64,000 nt of DNA from an uncultured Verrucomicrobiae bacterium. GTDB taxonomy: Bacteria > Verrucomicrobiota > Verrucomicrobiia > Chthoniobacterales > JAATET01. The first letter of the stretch is position 1. Each line of letters opens with the position of its first letter. Below, one piece after another: positions 1 to 9,253 of this stretch. The stretch covers positions 64,001 to 128,000 of the forward strand of contig CAVRCI010000004.1 in assembly GCA_963719495.1 (NCBI GenBank), given 5' to 3'. The notes below the pieces were generated by a model, which saw only the letters and a program-made list of their open reading frames with translations, made no database searches and was not told where the DNA came from. A program made the translations under genes and the position numbers.

Positions 1-568
1 CGGTGTAGGTCGGGGTGGACCACTTGTCGGCGATGGCGGCCACGGTGTCGTCGCCGCGGGCTCGGGCGAGGATCATGTCGACGAAGCTGGCGCGGTCTGG
101 GCCGAAGACCCAACTCACTCGGGCGACGATGGCTTTGGGATCGGCTTGTTCGACGGCTCGTTCGCCGGCGGCCTTGGTGTTGCCGTAGACGCTGAGGGGG
201 CTGACGGGGATGTCTTCGGTGTAGGGGGTGGTGCGGCGGCCGTCGTAGACGTAGTCGGTGCTGACGTGGAGGAAACGGGTGTCGTTGGCGGCGCAGAGGG
301 CGGCCATGCGGGCGGGGGCGTCGACGTTGACGGCCTCGGCCTCGGCGGGGTCGTTCTCGCAGGCGTCGACGTTGGTGAAGGCGGCGCAGTTGACGACGTG
401 GTCGAAGCGGGGTTTGCGTAGGGCTTGATCGAGAGATTTGGCTTTCCTGAGGTCGAGGTCGGGACGGGCGAATCCGGTGACGTCGTGGTGCGGGGACCAA
501 AGACGGACGAGAGCGGCACCGAGGCGTCCGCGGGATCCGATGATGGCGATGCGGCGGCGGTTCGTCAT
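1..568 (-). CDS. rfbD: dTDP-4-dehydrorhamnose reductase (partial, runs off the window start)
   Basis: Manual translation, not in the ORF track: MTNRRRIAIIGSRGRLG... and ...VAAIADKWSTPTYT. The ATG overlaps the rfbB stop (ATGA). Confidence 0.9.
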   Translation of the reverse strand, partial: MTNRRRIAIIGSRGRLGAALVRLWSPHHDVTGFARPDLDLRKAKSLDQALRKPRFDHVVNCAAFTNVDACENDPAEAEAVNVDAPARMAALCAANDTRFLHVSTDYVYDGRRTTPYTEDIPVSPLSVYGNTKAAGERAVEQADPKAIVARVSWVFGPDRASFVDMILARARGDDTVAAIADKWSTPTYT

Positions 569-1539
569 CGGTCGAGGAGCGGCTGCCACCACGGGGCGTT
601 GTCGCGATACCAGTCGATCGTCTCGGTGAGGCCGGTGCGGACGTCGTGAATGGGTTTCCAATCGAGCTGGGTGCGGATTTTGGAACTGTCGATGGCGTAG
701 CGGCGGTCGTGGCCGAGGCGGTCGGTGACGAACTCGATGAGGGTGGGGGGTTTTTCCAATTGCTCGAGGATGTGGTGAACGACTTGGAGGTTCTCGAGTT
801 CTGAGTCGGCGCCGACGTTGTAGACCTCGCCGGGAGTGCCTTCGAGGAGGACGGCGAGGATGGCGCGGCAGTGGTCGTCGACGTGGATCCAGTCGCGGAC
901 GTTGAGTCCGTCGCCGTAGACGGGGAGGCGCTCGTCGGCGAGGGCGCGCGTGATCATGAGGGGGATGAGTTTTTCGGGGAATTGATAGGGGCCGTAGTTG
1001 TTCGAGCAGCGGGTGACGACGACTTCCTGGCCGAAGGTGTGGTGGGCGGCGAGGGCGAGGAGGTCGGCTCCGGCTTTGCTGGCGGAGTAGGGCGAGGAGG
1101 GGACGATGGGCGAGGTCTCGGAGAAGCGACCGCTGGGGCCGAGGGAGCCGTAGACTTCGTCGGTCGAGACCTGGACGAAGCGTTTGATGTCGTGGGCGCG
1201 GGCGCACTCGAGGAGGACCTCGGTGCCGGCGACGTTGGTGCGGATGAAGTCGGACGGGCCGCTGATGCTGCGGTCGACGTGGGTCTCGGCGGCGAAGTTG
1301 ATGACGGCAAAATACTTGTGCCGGGCCATGATCTCGTCGATGGCGGCGCGGTCGGCGATGTCGGCCTGGCAGAATTCGTAGCGCCGGTCGCCCTCGGCGA
1401 TGTCGGCGAGGTTATTGGGGTTGCCGGCGTAGGTGAGGGCGTCCACGTTGGTGACAAATTCCGGCTGATAATGTTCGAGGATAAAACGCACGAAATTACT
1501 GCCGATGAAGCCGGATCCGCCGGTGACGAGGAGTCGCAT
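565..1539 (-). CDS. rfbB: dTDP-glucose 4,6-dehydratase
   Basis: MRLLVTGGSGFIGSNF, FAAETHVDRS, STDEVYG, PSSPYSASKA and DRLGHDRRYAID motifs. Start taken at the internal Met of ORF 565..2667. Confidence 0.95.
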   Translation of the reverse strand: MRLLVTGGSGFIGSNFVRFILEHYQPEFVTNVDALTYAGNPNNLADIAEGDRRYEFCQADIADRAAIDEIMARHKYFAVINFAAETHVDRSISGPSDFIRTNVAGTEVLLECARAHDIKRFVQVSTDEVYGSLGPSGRFSETSPIVPSSPYSASKAGADLLALAAHHTFGQEVVVTRCSNNYGPYQFPEKLIPLMITRALADERLPVYGDGLNVRDWIHVDDHCRAILAVLLEGTPGEVYNVGADSELENLQVVHHILEQLEKPPTLIEFVTDRLGHDRRYAIDSSKIRTQLDWKPIHDVRTGLTETIDWYRDNAPWWQPLLDR

Positions 1540-1584
1540 GGCGGGGGTTCTAGCAGAGCGAGCGCGACGGGCGCAACTTCTGAC

Positions 1585-1917
1585 GTGGGGGTTCATTATG
1601 CGTGTCAGCGCTGCGGGAACTGCTGTCGGTGGCCGGGATTTGTGCGGCTGAGCGAGGCGGATATTTCCGCGATCGCGAAGTTCGAGGGGGTCGGAGAGGT
1701 CGATTTCATCAGGGACTACACGCGATTGCGTCCGAGGCGGGATGGGCTGGCTCTGATGGACAAACCGAACGGGGAGTGCGTGTTTTTGGACGGGATCGAG
1801 TGCCGGATTCAGGCGGTGAAACCGGAGCAATGTCGGGGATTCCCCAATGCGTGGAACTTCGAGGGCTGGCGGGACGTGTGCGAGGCGGTGCCGGTGCCGG
1901 GGAAAGTCGGTGGTTGA
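1585..1917 (+). CDS. YkgJ-family cysteine cluster (CxxCxxCC) protein
   Basis: CQRCGNCC...CVFL...CRIQAVKPEQCRGFP. GTG start inferred inside ORF 871..1917. Confidence 0.85.
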   Translation: MGVHYACQRCGNCCRWPGFVRLSEADISAIAKFEGVGEVDFIRDYTRLRPRRDGLALMDKPNGECVFLDGIECRIQAVKPEQCRGFPNAWNFEGWRDVCEAVPVPGKVGG

Positions 1918-1956
1918 AGGTTGCTGGATGATTGGAATTCGGTAGCGTCGCGGGAC

Positions 1957-2793
1957 ATGGCCACGCAACTTTCCCCGACGACTCGTCTTTCCAATGGCGC
2001 GGATCTGCCCCTCCTGGGCTTCGGCACTTACAATCTCAAGGCCGGGAAGGAGGTCGAGCGGGCGGTGTCCGAGGCGTTGGAAATCGGCTACCGCCACATC
2101 GACACGGCGTCGTTCTACGAGAACGAGGAGGGGATCGGGAAGGCGATCCGGGCGAGTGGGATCGCGCGGGAGGAGATTTTTTTGACGACCAAGATTTGGA
2201 CCGACGACATGCGCGGCGGCGAGGACGGGGTGACGGACGCGTTCGAGCGGTCGCTGGAGCGGCTGGGGCTCGATTACGTGGATCTGTATCTCACCCACTG
2301 GCCGGTGCCGAAGTATTACGTGAAGGCCTGGCGGACGCTGGAGGAGCTTTTCGAGGACGGGCGGGCGCTCGCGATTGGGGTGAGTAACTGTCTGGAGCGG
2401 CACTTGGAGGCGATCTTCGACGGCTCGTCGGTGGTGCCGATGGTGAATCAGATCGAATATCATCCGCGGCTTTTGCAGCCGGAGTTGGTCGATTTTTGCA
2501 AGGAGCACGAGATCGTGGTGACGGCGTGGACGCCGCTGGGGCAGGGCGAGCTTTTTTCGAATCCGGTGATCAAGAAGATCGCGGCGGCGCACGGGAAGAC
2601 GGCGGCGCAGGTGATCCTGCGGTGGGACACGCAGCACGGCGTGGTGACGATTCCGAAGTCTTCGCACAAGCAGCGGATGGCGGAGAATTTCGACATCTTC
2701 GACTTCACGTTGTCGGCGGTGGAGATGGCGGAAATCGACTCGCTGGATCAGGGCGAGCGGGTCGGGCCGGACCCGGAAGACTTTGCTTTCTGA
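1957..2793 (+). CDS. Aldo/keto reductase (2,5-DKG reductase-like)
   Basis: GYRHIDTASFYENE, DYVDLYLTHWP, IGVSN, NQIEYHP and IPKS motifs. Confidence 0.93.
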   Translation: MATQLSPTTRLSNGADLPLLGFGTYNLKAGKEVERAVSEALEIGYRHIDTASFYENEEGIGKAIRASGIAREEIFLTTKIWTDDMRGGEDGVTDAFERSLERLGLDYVDLYLTHWPVPKYYVKAWRTLEELFEDGRALAIGVSNCLERHLEAIFDGSSVVPMVNQIEYHPRLLQPELVDFCKEHEIVVTAWTPLGQGELFSNPVIKKIAAAHGKTAAQVILRWDTQHGVVTIPKSSHKQRMAENFDIFDFTLSAVEMAEIDSLDQGERVGPDPEDFAF

Positions 2794-2805
2794 GGTGAGG
2801 TTTTG

Positions 2806-2899
2806 TCCGCAGATTAAACAGAAGGACGCAGATTTTTTTGTGAGGTTTGGCTCGCGGAACCCTGGTTATTAATCTGCGTCACTCTGTTTAATCTGCGGA
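2806..2899. repeat. Intergenic inverted repeat, family D (CCGCAGATT...AATCTGCGG)
   Basis: TCCGCAGATTAAACAGA..GACGCAGATT pairs with AATCTGCGTC..TCTGTTTAATCTGCGGA. A related half copy lies at about 30312-30355. Confidence 0.8.
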
Positions 2900-2907
2900 T
2901 CCTTGGT

Positions 2908-3669
2908 ATGAATTCGGCGGTTTTGGAGGTCGAGGGGCTTCGGAAGGAGTTTGGGGGTAACGCGGTGGTCGAGGGGCTTTCGTTCGCGGTGCGTCCGGGG
3001 GAAATTCTGGGGCTCTTGGGGGTGAATGGGGCCGGGAAGACGACGGCGATGAACATGATTCTTGGACTGGTCGAGCCGACGGCGGGGACGATCCGGGCGT
3101 TTGGGCTGCCGATGCCGAAGGAACGGGTTGCCATTCTCAAGCGGGCGAATTTTTGTTCGAGCTACGCGGCTCTGCCTTCGAATTTGCTGGTTTGGCAGAA
3201 CCTTTGGGTTTTTGCGCTGATGTATGGCGTGCGGAAGCCGAAGCGGCGGATCGAGGAATTGCTGGAGCTGCTCGAGATCGGGCATTTGCGGAATCGAGTG
3301 ACGGGTCACCTTTCTGCCGGGGAATCGACGCGGGTGAGTCTTTGCAAGGCGATGATCAATTCGCCGGAATTGCTGATGCTCGACGAGCCGACGGCGAGCC
3401 TCGATCCGGACATCGCCGACAAGGTGCGCAAGACGTTGCGGCGGGCGCAGCGGACGGACGGGATCACGATGCTCTACACTTCGCACAACATGCGGGACAT
3501 CGAGGAGGTGTGCGACCGGGTGATCTTCATTCACCACGGTAAGGCGATCGCGGAGGGGACGCCGGCGGACGTGGTGCGTGGGTCGTCTGACGCTTCGCTC
3601 GAGGCGATGTTCATTCGACTGGCTCGCGAGGGCGATCTGGAAGGGGTTCCGGGGGAGGCGGCGAAATGA
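2908..3669 (+). CDS. ABC transporter ATP-binding protein (ABC-2/multidrug type)
   Basis: Walker A GVNGAGKT, signature LSAGE, Walker B LMLDEPT. Confidence 0.93.
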   Translation: MNSAVLEVEGLRKEFGGNAVVEGLSFAVRPGEILGLLGVNGAGKTTAMNMILGLVEPTAGTIRAFGLPMPKERVAILKRANFCSSYAALPSNLLVWQNLWVFALMYGVRKPKRRIEELLELLEIGHLRNRVTGHLSAGESTRVSLCKAMINSPELLMLDEPTASLDPDIADKVRKTLRRAQRTDGITMLYTSHNMRDIEEVCDRVIFIHHGKAIAEGTPADVVRGSSDASLEAMFIRLAREGDLEGVPGEAAK

Positions 3670-4466
3670 TCTCGGTGGGGGTGATGAGCGGGTTGGTCCT
3701 GCGCTACGCGTTGCTCTACACGCGGACGTGGGTGCGGCTGGTCGAGCTGTTCTTCTGGCCGATCGTGGATCTGCTGGTGTGGGGATTTCTCACGAAATTT
3801 CTACAGCAGCAGACGACGGGGGCGTTTCCCCAATTCATCACGTTTCTCATCGGCGCGATGATTTTTTGGGACGTGCTGTTCCGGGCGCAGCAGGGGCTGG
3901 CGATGTCGTTTTTGGAGGACGTGTGGACGCGGAATCTGCTGAACGTCTTCGTCGCGCCGGTGCGGCCGTTCGAATACGTGGCGGCGACGGCGATCATCGG
4001 GACGCTGCGGGTCGCGGTCACGGTGAGTGTGTTGGCGGTGCTGGCGGTCGTAGCCTACGCGTTTCGGCTGTGGGATGTGGGGTGGGAATTGATTCCGTTC
4101 TTCGCGAATTTGCTGATTTTCGGCTGGTCGCTGGGGATGATTTCCGTGGCGTTGATTTTACGGTGGGGGCAGGCGGCGGAGTCGCTGGCTTGGGCGGTGC
4201 CGTTCCTGGTGCAGCCGCTGTCGGCGGTGTTTTATCCGGTCGAGGTGTTGCCGGGTTGGTTGCAGCCCGTGGCGTTGGCGCTGCCTTCGACGCACGTCTT
4301 CGAGGGGATGCGGGCGATTCTGGCGGGCGGGGGGACGCCCTGGGGTGGGCTGGCGTGGGCCTTCGGCCTGAACGTAATCTACGCGCTGGTGGCGGGTCTG
4401 ATTTTCGCGGCAGTGCTCGCGCAAGCCCGCCGGAGCGGCGGACTGGTCAAGATCGCAACCCACTGA
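3666..4466 (+). CDS. ABC-2 type transporter permease
   Basis: About 6 TM segments and FYPVEVLPGWLQ. Coupled to the ATPase by an ATGA overlap. Confidence 0.9.
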   Translation: MISVGVMSGLVLRYALLYTRTWVRLVELFFWPIVDLLVWGFLTKFLQQQTTGAFPQFITFLIGAMIFWDVLFRAQQGLAMSFLEDVWTRNLLNVFVAPVRPFEYVAATAIIGTLRVAVTVSVLAVLAVVAYAFRLWDVGWELIPFFANLLIFGWSLGMISVALILRWGQAAESLAWAVPFLVQPLSAVFYPVEVLPGWLQPVALALPSTHVFEGMRAILAGGGTPWGGLAWAFGLNVIYALVAGLIFAAVLAQARRSGGLVKIATH

Positions 4467-4485
4467 CCCCCCGAAGCTGCATCAC

Positions 4486-4521
4486 TGCAAAACTTTGGTG
4501 CGGCCGCATCAAAGTTTTGCA
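4486..4521. repeat. 36-bp near-perfect palindrome, left copy
   Basis: TGCAAAACTTTGGTGCGGCCGCATCAAAGTTTTGCA, one mismatched pair, ending 11 nt before the paaX-like ATG. Confidence 0.95.
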
Positions 4522-4532
4522 AGGGTTCGAGG

Positions 4533-5312
4533 ATGAAGCCGAAGACTGAGCTGTTTTTGTATCAATTGGCGTGGACGGCTGGCGCGGTCATGCGTCCGAC
4601 GTTTCGCAATCTCAACGAGTCTTTCGAGGGATGGTGTTACCGCGAAGGGCTGTTGCGGCAGGTGGCGACTTTGGAACGGGAGGCTCTGATCGAGGTGTCC
4701 GGGGATGGATTGAATCGGGTTTGCCGTCTAACGGAGCGGGGGCGACTCCACGCGCTTGGCGGATTGAATCCCGTGGAGAGATGGGAGCGTTCCTGGGACG
4801 GGATGTGGCGGATGGTGTTGTTCGACCTTCCGGAAACGAAGCGGGCTCTGAGAAATCGGCTTCGCAAGCTGTTGCGGGAGCGTCGCCTTGGGTGTTTGCA
4901 ACAGAGCGTCTGGATCTCCCCGGACCCGACTGACTCGCTCGTCGAAGCGGTGCGCGGGACCGTGGATGTTCCCGACGTCCTCGTGTTCATGGAGGGGAGG
5001 ACGTGCGCGGGGGAGGAAGCGGCGCGATTGGCTGGGTCGGCGTGGGATTTTGCCGCCATCAACGAGCGGTGGTTGGCCTACGAGCGGCACTTGAACGCGC
5101 TGCCGACAAATCGGTCCGCCGATCTGGCCGCGGAGCTGAAGGCTTGGTCGGTCGTCGAACGTCAGCGCTGGCTGCAGTGTCGCCGGGCGGACCCTTTCCT
5201 ACCCGAGGCACTCTTGCCGAGTTCCTACCGAGGCCGGGAGGTGTGGGAGCTACGCTCGAGAACCCTGGCGAAGGCCTCGAAACGAGCCAAAGATGCCATG
5301 ACAAAACTTTGA
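4533..5312 (+). CDS. PaaX-family protein (wHTH, Cas2-like middle domain, PaaX C-terminal domain)
   Basis: RLTERG wing, WDGMWRMVLFDLPE..R.RLRKLL...GCLQQSVWISP, AWDFAAINERW and DPFLPEALLP are characteristic of PaaX. Confidence 0.85.
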   Translation: MKPKTELFLYQLAWTAGAVMRPTFRNLNESFEGWCYREGLLRQVATLEREALIEVSGDGLNRVCRLTERGRLHALGGLNPVERWERSWDGMWRMVLFDLPETKRALRNRLRKLLRERRLGCLQQSVWISPDPTDSLVEAVRGTVDVPDVLVFMEGRTCAGEEAARLAGSAWDFAAINERWLAYERHLNALPTNRSADLAAELKAWSVVERQRWLQCRRADPFLPEALLPSSYRGREVWELRSRTLAKASKRAKDAMTKL

Positions 5313-5334
5313 TGCGGCCGCATCGAAGTTTTGT
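5301..5334. repeat. 34-bp near-perfect palindrome, right copy, containing the paaX-like stop codon
   Basis: ACAAAACTTTGATGCGGCCGCATCGAAGTTTTGT, with TGA at 5310-5312. Confidence 0.95.
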
Positions 5335-5397
5335 AAAGCGGTTGGGTTGGGTAGTCGGGGTTGGACAGGGAATTTTGGGGTGGGGTAGGTTCGGGGT

Positions 5398-7242
5398 GTG
5401 AGTTATCGCGTTTTTGCCCGGAAGTATCGTCCCCAGACTTTTGAACAGGTCGTTGGGCAGGAACACATCACGCGGACGCTGCAGAATGCGATCAAGGCAG
5501 AGCGGCTGGCGCAGGCTTACCTTTTCGTGGGGCCTCGGGGGATCGGGAAGACGTCGACGGCTCGGATTCTGGCGAAGGCGTTGAATTGCGAGCGGGGGCC
5601 GACGATCGAGCCTTGCGGTGAGTGCGACGCGTGCCGGGAGATCGCGGAGGGAATCGCTCTGGACGTGCTGGAGATCGACGGGGCGAGCAACAACTCGGTG
5701 GAATCGGTGCGGGAACTGCGGGAGAACGCGGCGTATGCGCCGGCGCGCGGGCCTTACAAAATTTACCTCATCGATGAGGTTCACATGCTGAGCACGGCGG
5801 CGTTCAACGCGCTGCTCAAGACGCTGGAGGAGCCGCCGCCGCACGTGAAGTTCATCTTTGCGACGACGGAGGCTCAGAAGGTGCCGGCGACGATCACGAG
5901 TCGGTGTCAGCGCTTCGATCTGCGGCGGATTCCGGCGGATCTCATCGCCGCGCATCTGCAGGCGATCGCGAAAAACGAGTCGGTGGAGCTGGGGGACGAG
6001 GCGGCGGCGGCGATTGCGAAGGGCGCGGACGGGGGGTTGCGCGACGCGGAGTCGATGCTGGATCAATTGGTGGCGTTCTGCGGCGAGGTGATCACGGAGG
6101 ACGACGTTCTCACGGTGTTTGGGTTCACGGCTCGGGAGACGGTGAACGATCTTTGCGCGCGAATGTTTGCGCTGGATGCCTCGGCGGCGCTGGCGCTGGT
6201 GGCGGATCAGGCCGAGGCCGGGCGGGATTTGTCGCGCTTGCTTTCGGACGTGATCGCGCATTTGCGGGATTTGTTGGTTCGAAAGGTTCAGCCGGTGGGC
6301 GCGGCGGGGGACGGGGTGGATGGCGATCAGGCCGAGGCGCTTTCGCAGGATAAATTGATCTTGCTGCTCGAGCACTTTGCGGAGACCGAGGGGCGGTTGC
6401 GGTGGGCGACGGATAAGCGGCTTTATCTGGATGTCGCGGTCATCAAAGCGGTGCATATTTTGGAGGAGACGACGCTCACGGACGTGATCGACGCGCTGGC
6501 GGCGATCGGGGAGGGCGGGGAGCCGGTTCATCGGTTGCGGGTGTCGGACCGGGCGGCGGAGAAATTGGCGGAGGCTCGGAATCCGCTGCCGGCGCGGGCG
6601 GTGCCGGCGCGACGGGAGGTGCCTTTGGCGAAAGAGGTTGCGGAGGTGAAGCGGGAGGTGCCACGTCCGGAGACTGTCGCGGTGCCGCGGACCGCCAAAG
6701 TTGAGGAAGAAGTTCCTAATACCAATACGGAAAAGACCGCGGATTTTGCGGAGAGCGCGGATGATACAAATACAAATACGGAGGCTCCCGAGGAGGTGGC
6801 TTCGAGTGGGGGGGGGGCTGGTCCCGCGGACGTTTGGGTGAAATTGGCCAAGGAGTTGGCGACTGAGTCGGTGATTCGGTTTGGTTGGCTGGAGCGGGGG
6901 GAGTTTGTCGGGTTCGAGGGTGGGCGGTTGAGGGTTCAGTTTCCGGCTTCGCTGGCGGAGAATACGACTTCCTTTTTCTGGCCGGATTTGCAGAAGACGG
7001 CGGAGGCTCGGTTGCGCGACGCTCTGGGCGAAAAGGTCGAGTTTGTCTGTGATTTCTCGGAGGCGATGACGGAGGCGAGTGCGCCCTGGGAGGAGGACCA
7101 AGCGGCCGAGCCGGAGGTTGTGAAGCCGGTGGCGGAAAAAGAGGAGCCGAAGGCCGATGCGATGGAGACCTTCCGGGATGATCCGCTCATCCGGAAAGCG
7201 ATTGAAGTCTTCCGGGCGGAAATAGAGACTCCCGCCTCATGA
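5398..7242 (+). CDS. dnaX: DNA polymerase III subunit gamma/tau
   Basis: ARKYRPQTF, GPRGIGKTS, zinc motif, EIDGASN, DEVHML and SRCQRF. Confidence 0.97.
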   Translation: MSYRVFARKYRPQTFEQVVGQEHITRTLQNAIKAERLAQAYLFVGPRGIGKTSTARILAKALNCERGPTIEPCGECDACREIAEGIALDVLEIDGASNNSVESVRELRENAAYAPARGPYKIYLIDEVHMLSTAAFNALLKTLEEPPPHVKFIFATTEAQKVPATITSRCQRFDLRRIPADLIAAHLQAIAKNESVELGDEAAAAIAKGADGGLRDAESMLDQLVAFCGEVITEDDVLTVFGFTARETVNDLCARMFALDASAALALVADQAEAGRDLSRLLSDVIAHLRDLLVRKVQPVGAAGDGVDGDQAEALSQDKLILLLEHFAETEGRLRWATDKRLYLDVAVIKAVHILEETTLTDVIDALAAIGEGGEPVHRLRVSDRAAEKLAEARNPLPARAVPARREVPLAKEVAEVKREVPRPETVAVPRTAKVEEEVPNTNTEKTADFAESADDTNTNTEAPEEVASSGGGAGPADVWVKLAKELATESVIRFGWLERGEFVGFEGGRLRVQFPASLAENTTSFFWPDLQKTAEARLRDALGEKVEFVCDFSEAMTEASAPWEEDQAAEPEVVKPVAEKEEPKADAMETFRDDPLIRKAIEVFRAEIETPAS

Positions 7243-7553
7243 ATATTCAAAAGATGCTCAAGCAGGCTCAGGAAATGCAGGCAAAGATGGCTTCGGCGCA
7301 GGCCGAGCTTGGTGAAAAGACGGTGGAGTCCAGCGTGGGTGGCGGGAAGGTGACCGTTGTCGCCAACGGTGCGGGTGACGTGCTTTCGATCAAGATCGAT
7401 CCGGCGGTGGTGGATCCGGACGATTGCGAGATGCTGGAGGATTTGGTGCTGAGTGGGGTTCAGCAGGCGATCGGGGAAGCGAAGGCGATGGCTGGCGAGG
7501 AGATGGGGAAGCTGACCGCCGGGATGAATATTCCCGGGTTGCCGGGGATGTAG
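7239..7553 (+). CDS. ybaB: YbaB/EbfC nucleoid-associated protein
   Basis: MNIQKMLKQAQEMQ...GGGKVTV...MLEDLVL, directly after dnaX. Confidence 0.95.
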   Translation: MNIQKMLKQAQEMQAKMASAQAELGEKTVESSVGGGKVTVVANGAGDVLSIKIDPAVVDPDDCEMLEDLVLSGVQQAIGEAKAMAGEEMGKLTAGMNIPGLPGM

Positions 7554-7653
7554 GTGGTCGAAGGTCGCGGGTCTCGAGGTCGAAAGTCTCGATTTGAGGC
7601 TTCGCCTTCGGGTTGGTTCGGCAGTCGGAGCGAAGCGGAGACAGGCGAAGCCA

Positions 7654-7759
7654 ATTGCAAATCGCCGCTCCTTGATGTTCGGCTCTCTCGCTTCGCTCGA
7701 ATTGCCGGGGGTGCCGCGGCGGGACGCCGCGGCTCGCACGCGGGACGCGTGCGCTCCCC
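7654..7759 (+). repeat. REP-like double-hairpin repeat, family A (copy 1)
   Basis: ATTGCAAATCGCCGCTCCTTGA...GCCGCGGCGGGACGCCGCGGC-TCGCACGCGGGACGCGTGCGCTCCCC, recurring six times in the window. Confidence 0.9.
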
Positions 7760-7762
7760 AGT

Positions 7763-9253
7763 TTAGCCTTTTGTTACCAGGACTCGGTTTGGGGTGGACT
7801 CGATTACGGTGATCTTGGTGCCGGATTCGATGTATTCGCCGTCGGTGATGACGTCGATGAAGGCGGCTCCGATTTGGGCTTTTCCCGTCGGGCGGAGGGT
7901 GGATCTGGCGATGCCGGTGTCTCCCGCTTTTGCGGCGAGGTCGTAGACGTCGCGGGTTTGGGTCGTGATGGAAGGGCCAATCGGGTTGTGGGTGGCGAGG
8001 ATGAGTCGGCGGAAGACGGGGAGCTCGGGGAGGTAGCGGGCAAGGATGCTGATGAGGATCATGGCCAGAACGGCGGTGATGCCGAGGTTGATCATGGGGG
8101 TGACGAGGGCGTCGAAGCTGGGGATGACGGGGTCGCCGGGGTAGTAGTCGACCATGGCGAAGAAGATGCTGCCGAGCATGAGGGCCGTTCCGACGAGGGA
8201 GACGATGAGGATGCCGGGGAAGAAGATGAGCTCGAACAGAACGAGGAGGAGTCCGAGGACGAAGACGGCAACGACTTCGAAGCCGGTGAGACCCGCGACG
8301 CTGTGGCCGACGAAGAAGATGAGGAAGCACGTGCCGGCGAGGAAACCGGCGATGCCAAATCCGGGGGTCTTGAATTCCAGGTAGGTGCCGATGATTCCTC
8401 CGAGGAGAAAGAGGGGGGCGAGGACGGTGATGAGCTGGGCGACGCGTTCGAAGCCGCTGGGTTCGACGCGAACGGTGGCGCCCTGAAGACCGGCCTTTTC
8501 CGTGAGTTCGTCGAGGGTGGCGGCGGTGCCGTCGGCGAGGAGGCGGCGGCCGTCGTATTGTTTCATCGCTTCAGATGGGGTGAGGGTGAGGAGTTCGTCC
8601 TTGGGGCTGATGACTTCGTCGCCGATTTTGAATTCCTTCGTTTCGTCCATGAAGGCGTCGGCGAGGTTGGGGTCGTAGTCGTTGGCTTCGGCGACGCCGC
8701 GGAAGTAGGCGGAGCTGTAGGAAACGACCTTTTTTTTCATCGTTTCGGGAATGTCCTGACCTCCGCCCATCACGGGGGCGGCGGCCCCGATGGCGCTGAT
8801 CGGGGCCATGTAGACGTGCTTGGTCGCGAGGGCGATGAGGGCTCCGGCGGACCCGGCGTTGGTGTTGACCCAGGTGTAGGTCGGGATGGTGGATTTGGTG
8901 AGGAGTTGGACGATGTCCTGCGTGACGTCGATGCGGCCGCCGGGGGTGTCCATGTCGAGGATGACGGCGGAGGCTTTGGCGGTCTCGGCTTGCTTGAGGA
9001 CGCGGCGCAGGAAGACGAGCGTGGGTGGCGCGATCCCGCCTTCGATCGGGAGGACGACGACGGAGCCTTCGGTGATCGTGGGTTCTTCGGAATGCAGGTT
9101 TGAACAGAAGGTCGCGAAGAGCGCAAAGAATACGAAGAAGGGAATGGCGCTGCTGCCTCCCCCTCTTTTCTTTCCTTTCTTTGCGAACTTTGCGGGCTTC
9201 TGTTCAAAACAGAATCGCGACTCGGGGGCGGGTTGGGTAGGTTCGCGGGTCAT
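7763..9253 (-). CDS. nfeD: NfeD-family membrane-bound ClpP-class serine protease (long form)
   Basis: LDMDTPGG, NAGSAGALIAL, MAPISAIGAA, a TM region and C-terminal OB fold LRPTGKA...DVITDG. Start codon uncertain. Confidence 0.9.
   Translation of the reverse strand: MTREPTQPAPESRFCFEQKPAKFAKKGKKRGGGSSAIPFFVFFALFATFCSNLHSEEPTITEGSVVVLPIEGGIAPPTLVFLRRVLKQAETAKASAVILDMDTPGGRIDVTQDIVQLLTKSTIPTYTWVNTNAGSAGALIALATKHVYMAPISAIGAAAPVMGGGQDIPETMKKKVVSYSSAYFRGVAEANDYDPNLADAFMDETKEFKIGDEVISPKDELLTLTPSEAMKQYDGRRLLADGTAATLDELTEKAGLQGATVRVEPSGFERVAQLITVLAPLFLLGGIIGTYLEFKTPGFGIAGFLAGTCFLIFFVGHSVAGLTGFEVVAVFVLGLLLVLFELIFFPGILIVSLVGTALMLGSIFFAMVDYYPGDPVIPSFDALVTPMINLGITAVLAMILISILARYLPELPVFRRLILATHNPIGPSITTQTRDVYDLAAKAGDTGIARSTLRPTGKAQIGAAFIDVITDGEYIESGTKITVIESTPNRVLVTKG
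9099..9208. repeat. Inverted repeat, family C (TTTGAACAGAAG...CTTCTGTTCAAA), inside the nfeD 5' coding region
   Basis: The same arms form a complete intergenic copy at 19986-20129 and half copies at about 18763-18802 and 33525-33562. Confidence 0.85.

Noticed and set aside
565..2667. 700-aa rfbB and other long ORF-track extensions (8886.., 14893.., 22018.., 47043..)
   Set aside because: The extensions are antisense or off-frame read-through of other real genes. Homology starts at internal start codons.
4486..5334. Mini-CRISPR interpretation (36-bp repeats plus a Cas2-like domain)
   Set aside because: Only two copies, about 780 bp apart with a gene between them. No spacer-sized intervals and no cas1 or effector genes.
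4486..5334. Integron attC or Xer dif sites
   Set aside because: The ends do not match RYYYAAC/GTTRRRY, the sites are too short and symmetric for attC, and they do not resemble the dif consensus.
6716..6783. Duplicated AT-rich NTNTE motif and possible frameshift site in dnaX
   Set aside because: It lies in the variable linker, and I saw no A-AAA-AAG slippery site with a downstream hairpin.
7553..7763. Missing recR after dnaX-ybaB and missing stomatin/flotillin partner after nfeD
   Set aside because: Such operon splits are common, and the partners may be elsewhere in the genome.
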